From NCBI GenBank assembly GCA_012295275.1, contig CM022679.1, positions 11,594,001 through 11,658,000 on the forward strand: a stretch of DNA of 64,000 nt, given 5' to 3'. This document shows positions 39,901 through 53,099 of the stretch, piece by piece. A program made the translations under genes and the position numbers. The DNA is from Chrysomallon squamiferum. Its lineage: Eukaryota; Animalia; Mollusca. Positions within the stretch are counted from its first letter, which is position 1; each line of letters starts with the position of its first letter. The notes under the pieces were generated by a model, which was not told where the DNA came from, searched no databases, and saw only the letters and a list, made by a program, of their open reading frames with translations.

Positions 39901-41869
39901 CTTGGCTTCCTAATCCAACTAAATTATCACAACTTTTTTAAAAGGTTCATTCTTGTCATTGAGAAACCATATGTATTAACAGTTTCTTACTGTTATTAGC
40001 TGAATTTTGATTAATAATAACATTCCTATTATAACATCAGGATCATGAACACATTACAAAATCAAATTAAGTTACTGTTACATAAAATATAAAGAAACAT
40101 TGTTTAAAATGACAACCCCCAGACATTTGTTTTTAATTTTAAGTGTGATAAAAAAAAAAAAGAGAAGATATTTGTATAAAAAGAATATGCTCAAAATAAT
40201 GTAAATTATCTAGCATGGTTATTTGCTGAATTAAGAATGACATAATTTCAGATCCAGACCTGACTACAAAATAAAGCAGTTCATACTTTACTGTCTGTGA
40301 GAAGGTTCATATAAAATATCCCTTGCTGCCAATTGAAAGATAGTAGCCCGTTACCTGGTGGCAACATACTTAAAGTCTCCTTAATGTGTATTAAGCTACA
40401 TAACTGTAGATGGTTAAAAATGTTCAGTGTAGGATACCAAATCAAGCATTTCTTCAGTCCTTTGTAAAAAGCTTTGTCTTTAGTGAAAAAAAAAGTCATT
40501 TATAGATTCTGACTTCTACACAGAACCATGAAGATGAAAGATTCAGAAAAGTAACATGGATCACTCTGTCTGTCTTAAAACAAAAAACTCTCACCATTAC
40601 AATATCAGCAAAACGGTTATTGACATATTAAAAAAATTGGGGATAAAAAGAAATGAAAAGTTCTGACTGTATTGTTCCATCATTTGAGTCCAAGATTAAC
40701 AGCTAACAGAAGAGAATGCATGTGCTTAAAATCAAATACACTCGTCAGTACATCAGTTCACCGCTGTTCATGATTGAATTAACTGGGAGAAAATTTAAAT
40801 TACCACATAATTAACTTTAAAAAAAAAAATTATTCTGAAAGAGTATACAGGAATATTGGGTTGGATGTTAATTGGAATATATATATATATATGTATATAA
40901 GAAGAAAAAGAATTGAATAGATTAAACTATAATTTTGTTTTATTTTCCAAAATATATCTACTTCTCTAAGTATCAACTTCCGTAAGTATCTTCTGTAAGT
41001 ATCCAAAAGAAAGGTGAAACGTTAGAAATTACATAAATGGTTTGTTAGTGTCTGTGTGTGACAGTATGATCAGTAAAATTTGTACAGAGACTAACTTTTT
41101 TTTATGATTTCAGAAAATTGCAGAAGGCAAAAACGGATAAATCATGGCTTTGTTTTGGAAATTTATTTATCAAGCTTCCAAGAAAAACTGCTGTAAATTT
41201 ATTAGAAAAAGGTAACTTGTTCACATCAGAAAGTCAGACACGTTCATTATCTGCATGTAAACAAATTTTAATGGCCAAACTTTTTGCCATTATAACTGGT
41301 TCTATTCTGGACTAAAACATTTTAAAATCAAATTTCTAATTAGTCTTAGATTTATAACAAAAGATGGGCTAAATTCATATGTAAATAATTTATTTAATTT
41401 ATACAGCAGTATTTTCGTGTCCATCTTCTTTAACAATGTTTAAGTTGTGTTAATTATGCCCAGTCTTAAGTATTTACCAATATATAACAAAGTTAAATCT
41501 CAAAATGAAAGTATGTAGTAAATCTGTTTAATAAAATTTCTGGAAACTGGATTTTAGCAGAATCAAGTAAAAAGTTTAATGTTGAAGACTTTAGGTTTAC
41601 GGAGCTCTTAAACTTAGGTTCTTGATAAATTACAGAACCACGAAATCCTTTAATGTTGATACTCACATTGTTGAAACTTGTTTGAAATTAAATTTACATT
41701 TTATTCTTCAGATTATGATGAGCTGGATAATGAAATCTCGGATACACAGAAAAAAATGAAACCAAAGGTAAATAAACTGCGAGATCTGGAGTACAAAGAT
41801 GATATAAAAGGCTTCAACTTGAATCCTCTAAGTAAAGAAGAACTAAAAGCAATTGAACAATTTCTGTGA
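30962..41869 (+). CDS. PDRG1: p53 and DNA damage-regulated protein 1 (prefoldin-like), 129 aa, 3 coding exons
   Basis: Exons 30962-31095, 41114-41211 and 41712-41869 join in phase (390 nt). They give MATNIDNLLLKTVTEIEETAEEILTDKQKIISLDQKRQKTREAVRKLQK...WLCFGNLFIKLP...KVNKLRDLEYKDDIKGFNLNPLSKEELKAIEQFL, with PDRG1 signature motifs CFGNxFIK and KGFNLNPL. Confidence 0.93.
32080..33204 (+). CDS. C2H2 zinc-finger protein A (2 widely spaced fingers), nested in the PDRG1 intron
   Basis: Single open frame from ATG 32080. Fingers CNRCWDSFSYAFQLRRHLRLH and CHACGKHFSKKSGLSAHTLAH are separated by an acidic Ser/Glu-rich spacer. Confidence 0.82.
   Translation: MSVHQTNKKNIIGLKVSYQCNRCWDSFSYAFQLRRHLRLHLIDSHVHAYLYEFSEESGMQEADQILTTSPKKNTNFMNCISQDQLDQESVSETESRLSTNSDLNSDEIKKAIIQSRNHSLTSAANVNKQYFTELAAECSSIDTNVVAENLEGSKKRLQDLDTDQENKLFNTRQKLAVPETKKCKSFSWQNVEDKETFAVVCKISRDSVDLSTVIQNISAFITDESSDDKISESEKKVNICVNEIPNEDMERHSEEECHNHFVEDIPLEENINIHGTVSTGRLSFAEYIYLAAGSQEMKRKQFTVQATKDKKPLLCHACGKHFSKKSGLSAHTLAHGRKKAKLKMMSNIKFLKIVCQTSFLEITSKVKRTSTDIL
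35685..38053 (+). CDS. C2H2 zinc-finger protein B (1 N-terminal and 6 C-terminal fingers), nested in the PDRG1 intron, split by one frameshift
   Basis: ORFs 35685-37247 and 37076-38053 join with a -1 shift near 37075-37080. Fingers begin CNLC, CHYC, CHLC, CSVC, CPVC, CPVC and CPFC, each followed by a His pair. A strong acceptor TTTTTGTTTTTAG ends at 35596. Confidence 0.82.
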
Positions 41870-43835
41870 TGTCAGTTTTTGTTACTTTGTGAACTGACTA
41901 AAATTCTGGCCTGTGGATAAAAGAATGTTCTCTCAATAGTTTATTTGTGAACTGAATTTAGCCGAAAGTGATAAACATGAAATTTAAGCAAAAATAGTTT
42001 GCTTTCAAGAGAACAAAGCCCTTGTTTTAATAATTAGAACAAAAAATAAAAATAAACCACAGAATAGGAATGGTCACTTTAAGTGACTTAAAACAAGGAA
42101 TTAATTTTAATCTATAACTTTTTTGTGTTAACTAAAATAAGCTATTGTTTTAGAGTACACATAAAAGATACGCTAAAGCTAATGTAAAAATGTATTTATA
42201 TGTTAGAAATAATGTTTGGTATCCATTAACCAATGGTTAATAAAACTGCCATCCAGAAAACCCCATTAAATCAGTATGCTCAAACTGCAACATTACATTT
42301 TTATAATTGCACATAATTTTAATACATGATGCCTGGTAAGTTAATGTAGTTCATTAAACAATTAGTCTTTAACTAAATTTCTTTTCTCACTATTTTTTAA
42401 TTCATCCAATTTACACAAATGTACTGTTGATGTAATTTGATCAGCATAAACATTTGTAAACAATAAAATGCACAAGTAATTCACTAATTGATTTATTTTA
42501 AATTTTGTTTTATTTATTGCTGATAGAGGAGATCTAAGCATTAAGAATTTGGAATGCAACATTCATAAAAATGAACACAGACATTAGTATTTTCATGCTC
42601 TTTACTAATTCAAAATGTGCAACATTACAAAATGATTATAATAAATGCAAAATAATCAAACAAAATTGAAATAAAAGAAAAATACATAAAGTATGTTGTA
42701 AGAAATAAAAAAAATACCTTAGTAATAGAATAATGAATAATGTTTTTGGGTTTTTTTTTTTTTTTTTTTAACAAATCAACAATACCAAATACCAGAACAT
42801 AATTTTAAAAAAACAACAACACCAAACATATATTTCAAGAAAACAAATTTAAATATAATGAATGTTCTTTTTTTGGCTCTGAGAATGATAAATTCTTAAA
42901 AAAGAAGAAATTGCATAAAAGAGTAATAAATAATATCACATCCTGTGCTGGCTGTCAAAAAATATTCTACAAAAAAACATTAATAAAACACTGATTGGCA
43001 CATGTAATTTTTAAAGTCTATAAAACAATATTTGACATTTTTAACTTTTGCAATACAGAACATTTTGATTTGGTTTGTTTGTTTGTTCATACAGGAAATA
43101 TTTCATAAAAGCATAAATAATTTAAAAAAATATAATATATATAAATTCATAAAAAGATAAAGGAGTGAAACCCTTAGATTGAGAATTGATCACGAAAAAT
43201 TTAAAATACACTGTTTAATGTATAAACTCCAAAAATAAAATGTGTATTACAAAGAAACTGGCATGCATATTTTGCATACTGTTTTTAAGGAAAAGATTCC
43301 ACGTTTCAAGTATACTGCACTTAAGCAAAATATTGAATTCTGCTATATGGAACATAAAGCACTTGAAGAATTAGCCAACAATTTGAAAAACATAAAACAA
43401 AGTAAAGGAATGTTTGTCAAAAACTGTTACATAATTTTGTCCTGCTCTTTACTAGCATTTAAACATCTTTCAAAATACAAAAATCTTTACTTTCCAAATT
43501 AATAAACAAAGAGAAAAATGACATGAAAAAAAAAAAAATAGCAAAGCAAAATAAAATTGATAAAGGAAAATATTTAAAGAAACTGTTAAATAATTTAGAA
43601 ACATTCACATTTTCCCCTCAAAACAGGTCCAAAGAAATTAAAACGTAAGTTAATCTTTTAAGTCATTAGAAACTTTTAAACTGCATACATGTGCTAACAT
43701 GAAGTGTAAATATTTCTGTAATAATTTGATTTTTGTTCTGTGTTGTGATATTAAACATGTTGTTGGATATCTCTTTACATCTAAGATTTTCGGATTCAGC
43801 TAGAGTTTACACCGGAATGCTCTAAGAAATTCTTT

Positions 43836-46800
43836 CTACCCAGCCTTGAGTAAAGTGGCTAGTTCTTGCAGTCGAATACGATTTGCTACCATGTAACAGT
43901 GAGTTTCCCACATCATGTTGATCAGTATTCTCTCATCATGGCAATCGAGACTGACTTCCTCTGATAGCTGTGGACTAAAGCGGAAGAATGGAACATTGAT
44001 CATACTACACCAAGCTCTGGCTCTGTCCACTGGTCTACCTTCAGCAAGCTGAGCCTTAAAATAATATTTTTTTTAAAACGAAAAAATTATATTACATAAA
44101 GTAAAAATAGAATGAACGATATATACTGAAAGAATTAAAATTTCACATTTAAAAAAAAAAAAACTTTAACTTCTTTAGTAATGTCTGAGAAAATTGCAAA
44201 GAACACACAGTCTAACATGCATAAAGGTTAACAGATGAAATAAAATGTAAAAAGAAATAACAATTTATTTATTTATTTAATAAACAAGATGGAAAGGATT
44301 TTAATAAATATTTATTTTTGCGTAAATTATTCTTAAATGTGCAAAAACTTCTAATTATAACATGAAAATTCACAAATAGTTGAAAGTGTAAATAAATGTG
44401 CTATTCATTTTAAAAACAATCGTATAAAAAATCCTTGAATATGTTTAAATATTAAATAGCAGCTTTAGGGTGAGGTAATCCTAACAGAAAATGTGTAAGC
44501 TGAAGTTGGAAATATTGGGCCACGTGGCACACTAAGAGACCACAATACTATGTATCAACAGCTATTATGACTACATTTAATATAGCAACTTTAAGCTATT
44601 ATCTTTTTCATGTATTGTTGATAGGAAAACCGTTACACCATTCCAAATGTTTTTACATGTACTATCACTTGTGCTGTTTACCTGATTAACAAGCAAATAT
44701 CCTAAGGATGAGACTCCTTTCACAGCTTTTGCTGCTTCAAAGATACCTTCGGGACGAAACACATCAACATTTTTCACCTGTGTCTCGGGCATTCTACCTG
44801 TTCCAAGGGAAACAACACAACCCAGAGGGCGTGCTTTATCTCCTTGTTTCTACAAATGAAAAAATGAACTAATCCATTAAAATCATTGCATACATAAAAA
44901 TAATTAAATTTTCTGAATACATAGACCAGTATGGTAATGATTATAATAACTGGTAAATAAATGACTGTAAAATGAATAAAACAAAAATGTTAGTTAGAAT
45001 TATATTTACAATTAATGACATAAAAAAAAGTAATAATGTGCGACTGATAAAAAATAGTAAATGATTATTTTTACATAGTATATGTAATGAAATAAAGATC
45101 AAATAAAAAAAATAGCAGACAGACAACACATAAATAAATATTAAGCAAAATGAAATGTTTTTCACACATAAAATCTATGTTTAGTTCTGCTTTTTTATCC
45201 TTACTAACAAGATTATTAATTTATAATTAAAATCCAGAATTTCCAGTTTAAATAAGTATCATTTTTAATAAGAAGACTAATGTTTCCTGTCATTACAATT
45301 TTTTTATTTTTATTAAATTTAGGAAAAGCTTACAGTCTGTTTAAGTCCAGTATTATATTCATGGATGTCTGTTAGCATATCCAGTGTAGGATTGTTTGCT
45401 ATGAGGGCTCCATCAATTATCTTTTCATAAGCACGAAAGTAAGTTGGAGCTGCACCTGTACAACGGGCAGCTATCCAAATTTTCTGATCTGCAAAAATAA
45501 AATATTTAAAACACACACTATATACATTTCATGATTCCATTTTAAGCAATTTTTATATCTGAAATTAATTTGTGAAAACAGTTACAAGTTAGCAGAAATC
45601 CAGAGCTACTTGACTGATTAATGCTCAAGGCAAAAATTTTGCTAATGTTTTCAAATTAATTTTGAATAATAATATAAAAGATTTTTAAAAATAGATAACC
45701 TTTTCAAAAATTGTGCTACCTACTAATTCTTCTGCTCAAAACAAGAAACCTTGTTGTTCAATAAATATGTTTGTTAAATGTCCAATACTGGAAATTCAAA
45801 CATATCTAACCTTTTGGTTCTGGCATCACTGGATATTTATTTTCTCTCTCACTATCTTTGTGTGGCAATGTCAATGTTTTTTTATAATTACGAAAGATGT
45901 GTAGTTCTGCTGGATGTCTGTCAGCCAGTAATCCTGTTACCATAACTCTTACAAAATAAAAAAAATGACAGGAGAATCATAGAACAGAATCAACCTTGAT
46001 TCAGTTTTTAAAACATTGTTCTGGACAAACAGTAAAATATTTATTTTTATGATACAAACATTATTCCAAATTACCAAAATAATAAATATGAGACATTTAA
46101 TTTAATTACTTAACTGTGTAATTAGAAAAGCAATTGGCATAAAGAAAAAACAAAGCAAAAAAATAATAATAATAATACATAAAAACATAAATCTTCCTTT
46201 AGTAAAAGATATATATTAACCAAAACATTATTAGCTATTATAAGCAGTAGATTTAATTGGTCAAAAAAAAGAAAAAAAGTAAATAAATAAATAAAAAAAA
46301 AAAAAAAAATATAATTAGTAATAATAATTAATAATAATAAAAAAATTAGTAATAATAATAATAATTAAAAAAAAAGAGGAAGAAATTAATGTATAAAAAA
46401 ATATATAAAATTTTTTCATTCATCAACAAATGCAACCAGTATTTTTATCATCCATTATTCAGAATTTCCAAAATTTTGTAATGAATATTTCAAACAATGC
46501 ATTCAACACTATCTGAATAGGATTCTGAGATTGTACACCAGCTGTTTGACAAGCTGATGTATATGAAAATAGAAATTCCTAGTATTATAAAAATTCTTAC
46601 TTCGGGTGCTTTATTTCAGCCATAGTTGAGTTCTCTCCAAACTCATGTTTTAACAAGAGCTCAAATGGTTCGGAGGCATATGGTCGTTTTCCTTTAAAAA
46701 CTTCATCCTTGAGTCGAAAATACAGACCTTTTATATAGCGCAAGGAAAATCCTATAAAGTAAAAAGGATATAAATAACCTTAATATAGTGAGAAAAAAAC

Positions 46801-49409
46801 AAAAATGAAAAATGAAAATGAAATGAAATATTAATGCATAATGCAATATAAATTCTTAATTAATTCTTATTTATATGTGGAAAATATTAATAAATATATG
46901 TTAGTGATAATGTGACTTAAATATATAAATAAATATATTTATACTAAATATCAAAAATGAGGTAATAAAATACACCAAATCAATATTGCTAAAAAAAACA
47001 AAAAATACATAAAAATTATCTGGTCCGATTAGCAGACATTTTTTGACAAAGAAAGAAAGAAAGAAAAAAAATAATAATAATTGCATTTAATTTAAAAAAA
47101 GATTATTTAACATATTTCTGCCAAGTTTTACCTCTAGCAATAGCAAGAGCAAGAATTCCACCAGTGCTGGTTCCACCAATCCAGTCAAAGCAGTCTTTGA
47201 TTGGTTTCCCCACGAAAGATTCAATTTCCATTAATATCTGAATCAAGACCAGACCTCGGATACCTCCACCATCAAGACAGAGAACCTACAACCATTACAA
47301 AATAGTATAACTTTAATCATATGAATTAAAATTAATCTCAACAATTCTATGTGGCTTTGTTAAAATGGATTTGTTGAAAATCTGAAGAAATGTCCTGAGA
47401 TTAATGAAAACTGCTAATAATCACTGAAATTAACTACATGTTGAAAAACTGAACTTCATATAATCATCTGTCCATTTGAAAATATTAGCAAAAATTCCTA
47501 AATTCTGTTATAGCATTTTGTGGACAAAATGGATCATTATTTCTCGAACAATATACACAAGCAATATTATAAGAGTGAGGGCAATATTAGTAAGATGAAT
47601 CCAGTTATACCTTTCTATACAAAGAAAATCATAACCTGTTCCCTTTTGATATATCAGTTGTGCTAAGGAGAAAAACAAGTAAAATACCCTGTCGCCAACA
47701 TGAGATGGTCCATCTACCATATCCAGAACAGAACCGGTCTTGTTTACAATAGTAGCATCACAAGTCACAGAAGCAGAAAGCAATTCATCCAACATGGCTG
47801 AAATCAGTCATACAAAAAGTTGCACTTTATTTTAATAGTTATAATTATTATTAACATTTGTCTAGGAATAAATATTTTTATATATGACAGTGAATTTTCC
47901 AAAATAACATACATTGATTCAAATTATAAAGAGAATGGAGAAATTATTATTTAAGTAATTGTCTAGTGCTTAAAATAATTACATTGACTGGTTAATTAAC
48001 CTTAAGAGTGTTTGACTCTGGATGATAGAGTTCTGAACCAATTTTAATTTACTTGCAGAAGAATAGTTTTTGTGTAAAAATATTCAGTGTGTTATACATA
48101 GTTGCATCATTTTCCTACCTACACTATCCATCCTCAGCAATGTCTTCACTTCTTTGTCAGGAGTGCCATTGTATTTTCCTTCAGCAACACAACCATCATG
48201 GCATCCTTTTACATTCTTTTTACATCTCACAGCTCCAGAAATATGTAACAAATATAGAATCAAGTCTCTGAAAAAAAATATGAAAAAATAAATACAATAA
48301 CAATGTGAAATACACACAGAGAAAAAAAAAGCAAATAAATAATAAAAATTAATAACTAAATAACACTAGTATTTAATTTTAGAAATAAAAAAAATAAAAT
48401 TATAACTCTGGCTGCTGTTTAACTGTTTCTTTAAAAACACAAAATATGTTGAATTTACTTACCTGTTCTTGCCCTTGGATACAGAGACCATGTGTCTTGC
48501 TGAATGCTGGTGTTTGTTCTTCAGATTCATATTTGCTCCATATACAATGAATGTGCGAACAAGTTCAGGGTTATCATTCTACAGAAAAATATATAAACAC
48601 AAAATATAACAATAAAAATAAAATAATTAAAAATAATAACAATAATAATAATTATATATTTATCCTTTACCCTTGCTTGCTTTTCTCAGAACATCACAGA
48701 TTTGACAATCAATAAAGGTTATACAATCTGGTTATACATTCTCCTTTAAAATTTATAAAAACCAATAAGATCTGTAACATGTACAATACGAGATGTGTGT
48801 GTGAATGACATCAGGTTAGGTCATGAATAGGTATCAGTAATATCAACATCTTATTGCTTACTGTCAGTATGTCTGTGCTTAATCAATGCAAATAAATGTA
48901 GAATATTTTTTTTAAATTTAATTTAATTTTGCAATCAGTTTGTTCACTTTCGAAACCAACAGTTATTCAACAAATATAAAGAGGCATATCAAACAGCTGA
49001 ATATAACAATTTAGTCACATTTAAACTAGGCTAACCACAGTAACCTGTAATACACTGAATAATAACAACATGTAGAATTACCTGCACAGCCCAGTGAAGC
49101 ACTGTTTCTCCATCTGGATTAACAATATTAGGATCGGCTCCCCGACACAGCAGTGCCATGCAACAATCAATTTTATTTTTCAGCATCATAACATGCAGAG
49201 CCGTCAGTCCATTGCCACCAACAGCATCCACATTACAACCCATCATACACAACAAGTCAATCACCTGTAGCAACAAAATCAGAATCAAAATGGTTTTTGT
49301 TAAAACAGAATTAAAATTTATTTAACATAACTTAGCGGACTTGGATTTATCTTAATTAAAAAAATCTATATATTAACAGATCAGAATTAAATTAACAATA
49401 ATAATCATA

Positions 49410-49464
<55 letters not shown>

Positions 49465-49480
49465 CAGGTGTATGTATATG

Positions 49481-49521
<41 letters not shown>

Positions 49522-52500
49522 TTCATTAATTTAATTCTGATTTTTTAATATATAGATTTTTATATGTTATTTTAGCACATATTTAGAAAACTATGTATTC
49601 ATAACTACTTTTTGTTTTCACAACAAATTGTTAGTTCTCACTTGGAACTAAGTTGCATTTATCACACTAACATAGGTTTAATTTCATGTAGCACATTATA
49701 TACAACAAACATAAGTGGCAAATTGAGAATGTCATGCTAGTTAAGACACATCACTAGATGTGTCTTCTCTTAAACTATGTCATATAAACCTCTTTTGTTT
49801 CTGCCCAGTGTAGTGGTGTGCTCTTGTGTGTAGGGTCAACTGCACTTATCTGATTTGGGTGCATCTGCACAATAAGTTCAAGAGACCTGAAAGGTATGAT
49901 TAATATATTAATCAAGGAATATTTTGCTTTTAACAGGTATCTGTAATGGAGTAGAAAATTAACAAGGAAAAAATAGGCTGATCTGAGAAATGGGACTAGG
50001 TTTTACACAGAAAACCATTTCCATTAACACACTGATTAATTTAATATGATCTTAGTGATTAGAGATAATCTTTTTAAAAATCTGGGGACAGCACAATCAT
50101 GAATATGTTCAGAATTATGTATCTATCTCTGAAACTTGTCCAATCATTTGTAATACAATAGTGGACCAAACAAAATATGTGCATGGTTGGTCTTCCTATT
50201 AATTAATGGAATGACTTTTAAAGATAACCTAACAACAAACATTTTCAAACATTTAATTTTTGTTAGAGAAAATAAGATAAAGATATATATTCAGTAAAAA
50301 ACAAAACCAAAAAAAACACATTAAATTTTTTGCTGATAATTATTATGTGTTAAAGATTACTTCAGATCTCCACTTGCAGCTGCAGCATGGATGGGAAGAC
50401 ATTCTGTAGCAGATATTGCAGGATCAGCACCACTGTGAATCAGAGCATCAGTAGCCTCAGGTAACATTTTTTTACATGCAATAAACAGAGCTGACTCGCC
50501 CTTACCATTTAACCAGTTGATTACACCTTCAGGATCATGGCCTATAATCAACTGAAAATATCACACAAAGTTAAATGGGTTTTTTTTTTTCTGGGGGTTT
50601 TCTAATTTTCATATTTTGATATAAATATAAGAAGAAATGTATTGATATTTACATATTTTTAAATTTTTAAATTTTAATTATTGGCTGAATTAATGAATGT
50701 TCAATACGAATTCTATATGGTTAGCTGAGTGAAACATACATACTATTCAGATTTGTTTTTAATGTTACATGAATTAAGTAATCACTGTATTGTTATCAGT
50801 GAAAGGTCATTTACCACAGACAGGAAAGTAATAACACAACTATGTTACATCAAACCAAATTCAAAACATACAACTGCATTTTCATTTTCTCCATAACCAT
50901 TCAACAGTTTTCTTGTAACAACAACTTTTACTATGTCAAACATCCATCTAAATGCCATGAATAGAATTTTTTAGCTGGAATCACAATTTCAAATAAAATC
51001 ATGAAAGAAAACTTACTGGAATAGCTGCTGGTAGATTGGTAACAGCATGATGATACACTGTCTCTCCATGACGGTCACAAACTCCAATCTTAGCTTTATG
51101 AACAAGCAACTCCTGAATACAGTGAAGTTGTTTTCCCTTAATACCAGCCATCAGTGGAGTGATGCCTGTTGAATGACATGAGGTGTTGATCAAACTGAAA
51201 CAAAATATTTTATAATTTGCTTTGATAGAAATGGTTCCAGAGTGCATAAAATACACAGAACTCTCTTCAGTGGATATACTATATTTGAAAAGAGTAAGTA
51301 AATATATAAATATATAGATAGTCAAACATTGTTAAATCAAGATGGAAGCGGTCAGCAGAATTGTACAGTTTTCAAGGTGTTCAAGTATTCAGATTTCAAA
51401 TATTTTCTGCAGTTCCAATGGACAAGTAATGTTTGTTTCATATTACAAGAAAAACAGTCTTGCATATTGGCTAAACTAGTAACAAAATAAACATGTTTTT
51501 GATGTATCAATTATTATTTGAATGTCACTATTACTAACATATATAGGAACCAGACTTTCAATTCATTAGACTGGGATTCTCAAGAAATCAACATTTGAGT
51601 TATCCAAGTATGACTCTGTATGTGTGTGTGTGCATGTGTGTGTTTTGTGTGTGTGTATTTGGGTGTGTTTGTATGTATGTGTGTGTGTTTGTGTGCAGAC
51701 AGATATAGTGAAATTTTAAATTATGCTCAAAATTAGATTCATGAGATTTTTACAAATATAATTTTCCATTCTTTTTTGAATTATTTAAATTTTGTTTAGT
51801 TTCTTCCCCTTTGGACAATTATCTTAAAATTATTATTATATTATTTAAAAATCATATCTGAAAATAGTATTGCTCTTTCACTGAAGGTAATTTACCTATT
51901 CATTTTCTCATGTTTCAGACATTCAATAAGTCCAGAGAAAGCTGCAATGTGTGCTGCTGTCCATGTCTGATGATCACGAATACAATCACAAACTTTTTGC
52001 AGAGTTTCTTCTATTAACAAAGTGCCACAGCATGTTAACATGAGATCAAGCTTTGGTGCAATGGTACTAAACAATGTGTAAGATTCACCCTCATTAAACT
52101 GACGAAACAGACTACAAATAAAGTATTTTTAAAAAAAGATTTAAAAAAAATAGAAGAAAGAAAAAATTAAAATAAAAAAAATCACAAATGTTGTCTTTTC
52201 TTGTCAAAGAAATGCCATAGGTACCATCAATCTGAAAAGACTGACTCCAAATACAGGAAATATGAAATGTCCTGCTTACATCTGTCACTTATGGTTTAGA
52301 TAAAATATCTGAAATGTTTTTCATATTGCTGGCATAATGAATTTTTCTTCTAATTCAGTTTTAAAGTAATCATTTTACAACAGCAAAAACATAATTCATG
52401 CCCAAAGTTAATTTTATTACTTCTATTCTTAATTACAATAAAATTGCTCTGTTGGTTATTAATATTCTCCCTTTTGTGATTTGCAGCTGTTAATGATTAT

Positions 52501-53099
52501 GTTTTGTTTTGCATTTAGAATTACAATAATTTACAGAATTCATTAACATAGTATTTCAAAATTTATAATTAGAAACAATAAAGATTATAAGACTAAAATA
52601 AATACCTGAAACATTTTGATGTACTGCCTGTTGGTATGATTAAACATTCAAAGCATCCTGGCCTTTTACACAAGTAAACACATCCTTCCTGACTTACTAC
52701 TAGTTGTCTGGAAAAGAATTGGAAATAAATAATTTTATATATTTATTTTAAATACAAAAAAGGAAACAAATATAATGGTATTAAATGTATTGGTAAATTA
52801 CTTTAATTTAGTGGAATTGTTATTATTAATTTACTTCTTAAAAAGAAAAAGGACATAATCTGTCTAGTCAGTATGACATAAGCTTTCAGCTGGACATATA
52901 TACAATTCAATATTTCCCTCTCACATACTTCAATAAATTCCATGAATTAGCATAGAACAAGCCTGACTCAAGTAATACTAAAACTGAATACATACGTTTT
53001 AAAGCTTTCCAGTGATGATGGTTGCACCTTGAAGGGACTTATGTTTGCAGAGGCTGCATTAAGAAACCCTCCTACCAATGACTTAATTAATCCAGCCAT
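43836..53099 (-). CDS. PLA2G6: 85/88 kDa calcium-independent phospholipase A2 (iPLA2-beta; ankyrin repeats plus patatin domain), 809 aa, 16 coding exons
   Basis: Exons 53099-52996, 52707-52606, 52111-51896, 51194-51017, 50551-50361, 49886-49790, 49264-49082, 48578-48463, 48267-48119, 47797-47688, 47285-47132, 46751-46601, 45947-45811, 45488-45334, 44849-44682 and 44054-43836 join in phase (2430 nt). They carry ankyrin motifs ([17 protein letters not shown]) and [36 protein letters not shown] and VDRARAWC. Confidence 0.96.
49409..49518. repeat. Compound (TA)n/(TG)n microsatellite flanked by a 36-bp inverted repeat
   Basis: Read directly from the sequence; arms at 49360-49395 and 49526-49561. 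Confidence 0.9.
51618..51695. repeat. Degenerate (TG)n microsatellite
   Basis: Read directly from the sequence. Confidence 0.85.
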
